Shown one piece after another: positions 57,686-64,000 of a stretch of 64,000 nucleotides of DNA (position 1 is the first letter of the stretch; each line of letters opens with the position of its first letter). The stretch lies in IMG/VR virus record IMGVR_UViG_3300017991_000052. One strand, 5' to 3'. The DNA is from a virus. Both the position numbers and the translations under genes were made by a program. The notes beneath the pieces are model-generated. The model searched no databases. It had not been told where the DNA came from and worked only from the letters and a program-made list of their open reading frames with translations.

Positions 57686-58580
57686 ATTATTAACATCATA
57701 TGGAATAGATAATATCAAACTAAAAGGACATTATATACAATTATCCTGTCCTTTTCATGATGATAATAATCCTTCAGCAGCTTTTTATTTAGACAACCAA
57801 AGATTCGTATGTTTTGGATGTAGAACAAGCGTTAATATATATGAATTTATTGCTTTATTAGAAGATATTCCGGTTAGTGAAGTAAAATCTAGATATAGAG
57901 TAGAATTAAGTAAAGATATTATAATAAATAAATTAAGAACTAAGATTAATGATTTTTATAATAAAGAATCAGAAAGATCTGTAACAAAAGTATATGATGA
58001 AAGTATATTAAATAATTTTACATCTGAATATGATTATATGTTTAATAGAGGATTTAATATTGAGACATTAAAAAAATTTGAAGTTGGATATTATGCTGCT
58101 AAAAGTATGGTGTCATTACCATTTCGAGATAGGCATGGAAATTTAATTGGAGTATATGGGAGAAAAACATACCCAACTAGTAGAGCAAAATATAAACCAA
58201 TAGTTCCAATAGATTCTGGATATCCAAAGTATGATCATTTATATGGATTACATCTTGTTAGGGGAGATACATTAATGTTAGTTGAAGGGAATCTTGTTGT
58301 ATTAAAAACACATCAAGAAGGATTTCCATTTTCTGCAGCAATACAAAGTACTAATTTAACATTGCCTCATGAAAAATTGGTATCTAAATATTTTGATAAT
58401 GTTATTTTAGCTTTAGATAATGATGAACCAGGGAAAGAAGCGAGTAAAGATATATATAATAGATTAAAGAATAAAGTTAAAATATCAATTTTTAATTATG
58501 ATGCAGCTGGAAAACACGATATTGATGATATGAATAGTGATGAAATAGGAAAAGGAATAGGAGAAGCAAAATTATTATGA
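57660..58580 (+). CDS. dnaG: DNA primase (CHC2 zinc finger plus TOPRIM)
   Basis: CPFHDDNNPS...CFGC, GVYGR, LYGL, LVEG, LDNDEPG. Confidence 0.9.
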   Translation: MTLDIDLLELLTSYGIDNIKLKGHYIQLSCPFHDDNNPSAAFYLDNQRFVCFGCRTSVNIYEFIALLEDIPVSEVKSRYRVELSKDIIINKLRTKINDFYNKESERSVTKVYDESILNNFTSEYDYMFNRGFNIETLKKFEVGYYAAKSMVSLPFRDRHGNLIGVYGRKTYPTSRAKYKPIVPIDSGYPKYDHLYGLHLVRGDTLMLVEGNLVVLKTHQEGFPFSAAIQSTNLTLPHEKLVSKYFDNVILALDNDEPGKEASKDIYNRLKNKVKISIFNYDAAGKHDIDDMNSDEIGKGIGEAKLL

Positions 58581-59392
58581 AAAATATATTACTTATTGAT
58601 GCCTATCATTTAGCACATCGAGCATATTCAAAATTTTATAATCTTAAATTAGATGAGGATACATCAGTTGGATTAATTTATGGAGTTATTAATATATTGC
58701 TTTCATACAAAAAACGCTTTCATCCTTGTGATATTGTTATGTGTTATGATACTGGACATAGTAGAAGAAGTAAAATTTGTTCAGATTATAAAGCGAATCG
58801 AACAGATACTCATAATGGATTTTTTCAACAACTTTTTATTTTAAAATGTTTATTAAAAGATATAGGGATTAAATGTGCAGAATTACCAGATACAGAGGCG
58901 GATGATATAATTGGAAGTTTGTCGATAAAAAATAAAGATGGACTTAATATAATAGTAAGTGGTGATCATGATTACTTTCAATTAATTAATGATAATACAG
59001 CATTTTTTAAAGTTGGGAAGAATGATAAATTATATGATAAAAAAACTTTTATTGATGAATTTGGTATTTCTCCAGATCGTTATGTCGAAACAATGTATAT
59101 TTCCGGAGATAAAAGTGATAATGTGCATGGAATTGCCGGAATTGGAGATAAGAAAGCACTTACTATTGTAAAATCAACAGATAATTTTGATGAAGTTCTA
59201 AAACATGAGAAAGTGAAAGATTTTATTGATATTGTGAATATTAATCGTCAAGTTCTTACTATTAATAAGTCTCTCGATGTAAAGATACAAACACCAGAAA
59301 AGCATTTAGATATTGTAAAACATTTATTCGACAATTATCTTAAATTCAAATCATTTTTAAAAAGATGGGAGGAAATAGAAAATTTTTCATAG
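58577..59392 (+). CDS. 5'-3' exonuclease / flap endonuclease (PolI N-domain/RNase H-like)
   Basis: LLIDA, YKANR, EADDII, SGDHDYFQL, GDKSDNVHGIAGIGDKKA. Confidence 0.92.
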   Translation: MKNILLIDAYHLAHRAYSKFYNLKLDEDTSVGLIYGVINILLSYKKRFHPCDIVMCYDTGHSRRSKICSDYKANRTDTHNGFFQQLFILKCLLKDIGIKCAELPDTEADDIIGSLSIKNKDGLNIIVSGDHDYFQLINDNTAFFKVGKNDKLYDKKTFIDEFGISPDRYVETMYISGDKSDNVHGIAGIGDKKALTIVKSTDNFDEVLKHEKVKDFIDIVNINRQVLTINKSLDVKIQTPEKHLDIVKHLFDNYLKFKSFLKRWEEIENFS

Positions 59393-59421
59393 TTTACAAA
59401 CTAAGATGTTCATGTTATAAT
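59393..59421 (+). promoter_or_regulatory. Promoter, class II
   Basis: TTTACA-17 nt ending TGT-TATAAT. Confidence 0.75.
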
Positions 59422-59452
59422 GTCATCTCATTTTACTACAAAGGGGGTCCGC

Positions 59453-60130
59453 ATGAAGGGTTTATTAAGATACAAAACAATAAAGAATCAGGGAACAAGT
59501 AATGCACTTCAAATCAAGGATGGTGAGACTAAACAAATAAGGTTTTTAGAGGATGGAGCAGAAATTCATTTTGTAAGAAGACATTGGGTTGATTTAAATG
59601 GATTTAAAGGATTTGTTAATTGTTTAAATAATCCAGATGGGGGGGTTGTTGATGAATGTCCCCTTTGTGATCGTGCCAGTACAAATTGGGGATCGCCAAT
59701 TTCTACAGCTCAGATCAGAATGTTAACGAAAGTTATTGATAGAGCTGATGGGAAAGCAAAATTATTTGAAGCAACACATTCAGTTATTGATAAATTAGCA
59801 AAAGATTATGATGCTAATAAGACAATTACTGATGTTGATTATTCTTATTCTAGAAGTATTGAAATAAAAGGTAAACGCAAAAGAACAAGATATGATCTTG
59901 ATGCTTTAAGAAATACTGCTAGTCCTTTGTCTGATGATGATAAAAAGAAAGGGTTAGAAGTAGATGTTGATGGAGAAATCAAAAGAACAGGTAAAAGCAA
60001 AGAAGAAATAATTGACATTATAAATAAAATTCAAATAAGTAAAAATCCACAAGAAAATAATTCATCACCACAAGGGGGATCAGAATCTCAAGGAGTTAAA
60101 GAAGAAAAGACAAAATCTTTTCCTATATAA
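59453..60130 (+). CDS. Single-stranded DNA-binding protein (gp32-like)
   Basis: IRFL, HWV...C...CPLC zinc motif, low-complexity tail ending in FPI; replication context. Confidence 0.7.
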   Translation: MKGLLRYKTIKNQGTSNALQIKDGETKQIRFLEDGAEIHFVRRHWVDLNGFKGFVNCLNNPDGGVVDECPLCDRASTNWGSPISTAQIRMLTKVIDRADGKAKLFEATHSVIDKLAKDYDANKTITDVDYSYSRSIEIKGKRKRTRYDLDALRNTASPLSDDDKKKGLEVDVDGEIKRTGKSKEEIIDIINKIQISKNPQENNSSPQGGSESQGVKEEKTKSFPI

Positions 60131-60157
60131 ATATCTATTTGGGAAAGGGGGTGTGAC

Positions 60158-60364
60158 ATGACAACAAGTGTAACTGAATTTGTAAAATCTCAGCTGCATA
60201 GCGGCAATAGGGATGCTGAGGCTGTTTTTGATTTAGTTAATAAAGAAATCCAAAGTGGAAATGTGAGAAAGATGCGCGGTGATGGGGATCTTAAGAGCTA
60301 CATCAATTACATGATTAGGCCGATGAGAAAGAAAGCAGAACAGAGTGAGGGGACTGATGAGTAA
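60158..60364 (+). CDS. Small hypothetical protein
   Basis: G-rich RBS; overlaps the next gene. Confidence 0.55.
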   Translation: MTTSVTEFVKSQLHSGNRDAEAVFDLVNKEIQSGNVRKMRGDGDLKSYINYMIRPMRKKAEQSEGTDE

Positions 60365-61556
60365 AATAGCAGTAATTGGATTGGGGCGTGTTGGTTTACC
60401 ACTAGCTTTATTATTATCTTCAGAAGGACATGAAATAATGGGCATTGATAGGGATGGGAAAATTGTATCCTCTCTTATGCACAGACATATGCCTTTTGAT
60501 GAACCCCAATGCAAGGAATTGCTAAGTTCTTCGACCGCCGTCTTTAGTGATGATATTTCATTAGCGAGTTTTTGTGATACTATTATTATCACTGTTGGCA
60601 CTCCATTTTTGCCGCACATCGAAATGGATTTAAATCATTTAAGGACGGCCATCGAATCTATTATCCCATCATTAGAAAAAGGAAAGTTGGTGATCTTAAG
60701 AAGCACAATAGCTCCAAATACAACTAAATTTGTTAAAAATTTAATTGAAAAACATTCTGGATATATAGTTGGAAAAGATATATTTTTAGCATTTTGTCCA
60801 GAAAGACTTGCTGAAGGTGTTGCTATAGAAGAATTACAAACTTTACCTCAAATTATCGGAACAGAAGATGAAAAGAGCAAAGAATTAGCATATGAGATAT
60901 TTAAATTTACTGAATGCATTCCTACAGATTATATAACAGCAGAATTAATAAAATTATTTACTAATATTTTTAGATATATACAATTCTCGATTCCAAATTA
61001 TTTTATGTATATTGCAGAAAATTATAATGCTAATATATTTAAAATTATAGAACTTATTAATTATCGATATCCACGCGGTGGACTTAAAAGACCAGGATTT
61101 GTTGCTGGGACTTGTTTAAGAAAAGATTTTGCTCCAATTTCTATGGATAGTTTTGGTGTAGATTTAGGAATGTTGTCATGGAAGATTAATGAATATTCTC
61201 CTTTGTTCTTAATTAAAGCAATTAAAAAATATACTACATTAACTAATAAAGAAATACTTGTATGTGGATATTCATTTAAAGCAAATACTGATGATATTAG
61301 AGATTCATTATCTGAAAAATTTGTTAGATTATTAAAAAATGAAGTACCAAAAAACTTATCAATATATGATCCATATGTAGAGGGATATAAAACTTATCTT
61401 AATATAGATTATGATATTATTTTTATAACAACTTGTCATGATCAATTTAATAAAGAATATTTTAAAAATCTTGGCGTTGATGATAATACATATATTGTAG
61501 ATATATGGAATGTTTGTAAAACTAATAAATTAATTTTTAAGAAAGGGGAAATATAA
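60357..61556 (+). CDS. UDP-glucose/GDP-mannose (WecC-like) nucleotide-sugar dehydrogenase
   Basis: GLGRVG Rossmann motif, VGTP, LRSTIAP, CPERLAEG, AELIKL..N, GTCLRKD, FKANTDDIRDS. Confidence 0.92.
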   Translation: MSKIAVIGLGRVGLPLALLLSSEGHEIMGIDRDGKIVSSLMHRHMPFDEPQCKELLSSSTAVFSDDISLASFCDTIIITVGTPFLPHIEMDLNHLRTAIESIIPSLEKGKLVILRSTIAPNTTKFVKNLIEKHSGYIVGKDIFLAFCPERLAEGVAIEELQTLPQIIGTEDEKSKELAYEIFKFTECIPTDYITAELIKLFTNIFRYIQFSIPNYFMYIAENYNANIFKIIELINYRYPRGGLKRPGFVAGTCLRKDFAPISMDSFGVDLGMLSWKINEYSPLFLIKAIKKYTTLTNKEILVCGYSFKANTDDIRDSLSEKFVRLLKNEVPKNLSIYDPYVEGYKTYLNIDYDIIFITTCHDQFNKEYFKNLGVDDNTYIVDIWNVCKTNKLIFKKGEI

Positions 61557-62575
61557 TGAAAGTATTAGTTACTGGATCAGAAGGGTTTATTGGAGGATAT
61601 ATAGTAGATAAATTATTAAAAGAAGGTCATCAAGTAAGAGGATTAGATAATTATAGTAAGTATGGTAAAGTTGTTCGTTCATTTCATGATAATTATAATT
61701 ATACATTTGTTGAAGGCGATGCAAAAGACTATAATAAAGTAGTAGAAATTTTAGAAGGGTGTGATCATTTTATAGCAAATGCCGCATTGATTGGCGGAAT
61801 ATCAATGTTCCATGAATTTGCATATGATCTTTTAGAAGAGAATGAAAGAATACTAGCTGCTGGATTTAGAGCCGCAATCAATGAACATCTTCATGGAAAA
61901 TTAAAGAAAATAACAGTAATGTCTTCTAGTATGGTATTTGAAAGTACAGCTACATACCCCACACCCGAGGGGGAGCAATTTAAATGCCCCCCTCCTTTAT
62001 CTACATATGGCTTTCAAAAGTTAGCTACTGAATATTGGGCTAAAGGGGCATGGGAACAACATAAATTACCATATACTATAATAAGACCATTTAATTGTAT
62101 TGGTATAGGAGAGACTCGTGCGGTATGTGATAAAGATATTATGTCAGGTAACATAAAGCTCGCCATGAGTCACGTGGTGCCTGATTTGATACAAAAAATA
62201 GTTAAAGGGCAAGATCCATTGCATATTTTAGGTAATGGTGAACAAATAAGACATTATACACATGGTAAAGATATAGCTAGAGGAATATATATGTCATTAG
62301 AAAATGAGAATGCAATTAATAATGATTTTAATATTTCAAATGATGTTTCAACAACTGTATTGGAATTATCAAAAATGATATGGGAAAAAATAAAAGGAGA
62401 TAAACCATTTTCATATATTCCAGACGATCCATTTAAATATGATGTACAAAAGAGAATACCAAATGTTAATAAAGCAAAAGAATTGCTTGGATTTGAAGCA
62501 GAAGTTTCATTAAATGATGCTCTTGATGAAGTCATTCCATGGGTAAAAGAGGAAATTGAAAAAGGGGTATTGTAA
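61556..62575 (+). CDS. NAD-dependent nucleotide-sugar epimerase/dehydratase (extended SDR)
   Basis: VTGSEGFIG, SSS, YGFQK, RPFN. Confidence 0.92.
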   Translation: MKVLVTGSEGFIGGYIVDKLLKEGHQVRGLDNYSKYGKVVRSFHDNYNYTFVEGDAKDYNKVVEILEGCDHFIANAALIGGISMFHEFAYDLLEENERILAAGFRAAINEHLHGKLKKITVMSSSMVFESTATYPTPEGEQFKCPPPLSTYGFQKLATEYWAKGAWEQHKLPYTIIRPFNCIGIGETRAVCDKDIMSGNIKLAMSHVVPDLIQKIVKGQDPLHILGNGEQIRHYTHGKDIARGIYMSLENENAINNDFNISNDVSTTVLELSKMIWEKIKGDKPFSYIPDDPFKYDVQKRIPNVNKAKELLGFEAEVSLNDALDEVIPWVKEEIEKGVL

Positions 62576-63747
62576 TGAAGAAAATATTGTATATACTTCA
62601 ACAGTCGATCTATAACAAAAATGAGAAATGGTTAACTGCAGATTCAAATATTCAGATGATGAGAGGGCTATTAAAAGAAATTCATCACGATTTTAAATGG
62701 GATATTTTAATAGCTCCGATTAAAGATTTTGCTGATATAAAATCTTATAAAGAAATATTTAATTCTCCAAATGTAAAATTTATTCCATGGAAAAGACCAA
62801 TATCTGCTTTTGATAATCGCTATCATTTTGATACAGTTGAATTTAAAAAGATCATAGAAAAGGGTAAATATGATATTGTATGGAGCAATATTTCTGAATT
62901 GACAAGAAATATTAAAACTGTTTTAACATATGCAAAATCACAAGCTAAAATAATTCATGCTTGTTATTGGATGGATTGCCCATGTATTGGGGAAGAAAAA
63001 GTATCTAAAACTATTTCATATGATTGGAGGCAATTTGATGGAGCTGAATGCGCTGATGTGGTTGCTTTTACATGCGGATCAACTAAGCAAGCTTTTTTTG
63101 ATAATGCTAAACGAAAATTTAATAAGAAATATATTAATAATATAAAGAAAAAATCTATTATTTTTGATTTTGGATTTTCATTAAGAGAAATATTAGATAA
63201 TTATAATCCAGAAAAATTTAATAAAGCAACTATTGTATTTGGTAATAGATTAAGTGAAATAAATTATACTCATCATGAAGAAGTAATTGAAGCAGTTAAT
63301 AAGCTTTATAAAAGAAGAAAAGATTTTCAAATAATATTTACTAATCCATCACAAAAAGTAAAATGGAGCGACTTAAAAAAGAAAGTAAAACCTTTATTTG
63401 TATATTCAGAAAAACCATTAAATAGAAAAGAATATTTTGATATGCTAACGAGATCAGATATTAGTGTTAGTTTATATTTTATTGAAAGATATGGTGGATG
63501 TTTTAGTAGAGAAGCAATAGGAGCTGGGTTATTGCCAGTAGTTCCAAAAGTTTATGAATACAAAAGAATATTAGGTAATAGATATCCATTTTATACAAAA
63601 TTAAATAATTTAGAACGAGTATTAGAAAAAGCAATTATTGCTATAAAAGATGGGTATAAAGTAAAAGGGGAAATACGAAAGAGGAATGCTGAATCTTCTT
63701 TTGAGGAAGTTGGTGAAGTAGTAAAACAATGTCTATTGAAACTTTAG
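62575..63747 (+). CDS. GT-B fold glycosyltransferase
   Basis: IVFGNRL and C-terminal ERYGGCFSREAIGAG..PVVP (EX7E-like) nucleotide-sugar motif. Confidence 0.75.
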   Translation: MKKILYILQQSIYNKNEKWLTADSNIQMMRGLLKEIHHDFKWDILIAPIKDFADIKSYKEIFNSPNVKFIPWKRPISAFDNRYHFDTVEFKKIIEKGKYDIVWSNISELTRNIKTVLTYAKSQAKIIHACYWMDCPCIGEEKVSKTISYDWRQFDGAECADVVAFTCGSTKQAFFDNAKRKFNKKYINNIKKKSIIFDFGFSLREILDNYNPEKFNKATIVFGNRLSEINYTHHEEVIEAVNKLYKRRKDFQIIFTNPSQKVKWSDLKKKVKPLFVYSEKPLNRKEYFDMLTRSDISVSLYFIERYGGCFSREAIGAGLLPVVPKVYEYKRILGNRYPFYTKLNNLERVLEKAIIAIKDGYKVKGEIRKRNAESSFEEVGEVVKQCLLKL

Positions 63748-64000
63748 AACAAGATATTTACAATTGCAATAAATGTAAAGAAATGGTTGAAGCTAGATTG
63801 TATCCTATGCCAAATCTTCGTATTGGGGATAAAATACAAAGATCATTTATGTTTATTGGAGAAAATCCAGGCGCACCACTTCCAAATGAGAGAGAAATAA
63901 TAAAATCACATAATGATTTTAAAAAAAGTTATGAACAAACATTTCAAATGTGTAAAATGGGGAAATTTATTAAATATATACTTGATGATCTTGGGTATGG
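63729..64000 (+). CDS. Uracil-DNA glycosylase family 4/5-like protein, 3'-partial
   Basis: MSIETLEQDIYNCNKC...FMFIGENPG: Fe-S CxxC plus the UDG motif; runs off the window. Confidence 0.7.
   Translation, partial: MSIETLEQDIYNCNKCKEMVEARLYPMPNLRIGDKIQRSFMFIGENPGAPLPNEREIIKSHNDFKKSYEQTFQMCKMGKFIKYILDDLGY

Noticed and set aside
117-62601. Minus-strand ORFs and short alternative-frame plus-strand ORFs in the track
   Set aside because: They are shadows of longer plus-strand genes, with no RBS or recognisable motifs

Overview
This is a 64-kb segment of a large, AT-rich (about 30% GC) tailed dsDNA bacteriophage with a contractile (myovirus-type) tail. Essentially every real gene lies on the + strand. 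1-7.3 kb: baseplate genes (gp25-like, baseplate J, wedge partner). 7.3-42.9 kb: a greatly expanded set of about 35 tail-fibre, decoration and receptor-binding genes built from shared modules. These include three glycine-rich gp38-like adhesin paralogs (one interrupted by an in-frame TAA), two Kelch propellers, three LamG-like lectins, a tail-collar protein, arrays of a cement-like repeat and a frameshifted homing endonuclease. 42.9-44.4 kb: lysis genes and a terminator. 44.5-53 kb: small early genes behind a repeated TTTAAA-N17-TATA(A/T)T promoter, including DUF932, followed by an AT-rich repeat patch (candidate origin). 53-60.4 kb: replication genes (DnaC-like loader, RNA ligase, DnaB, DnaG, 5'-3' exonuclease, SSB), with an RHH plus TnsA-like homing endonuclease cassette and a highly structured intergenic RNA of about 150 nt in front of the RNA ligase. 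60.3-64 kb: nucleotide-sugar dehydrogenase, SDR epimerase, GT-B glycosyltransferase and a UDG-like gene, a candidate DNA glycosylation system. All assignments come from motif recognition by eye; no searches were run.
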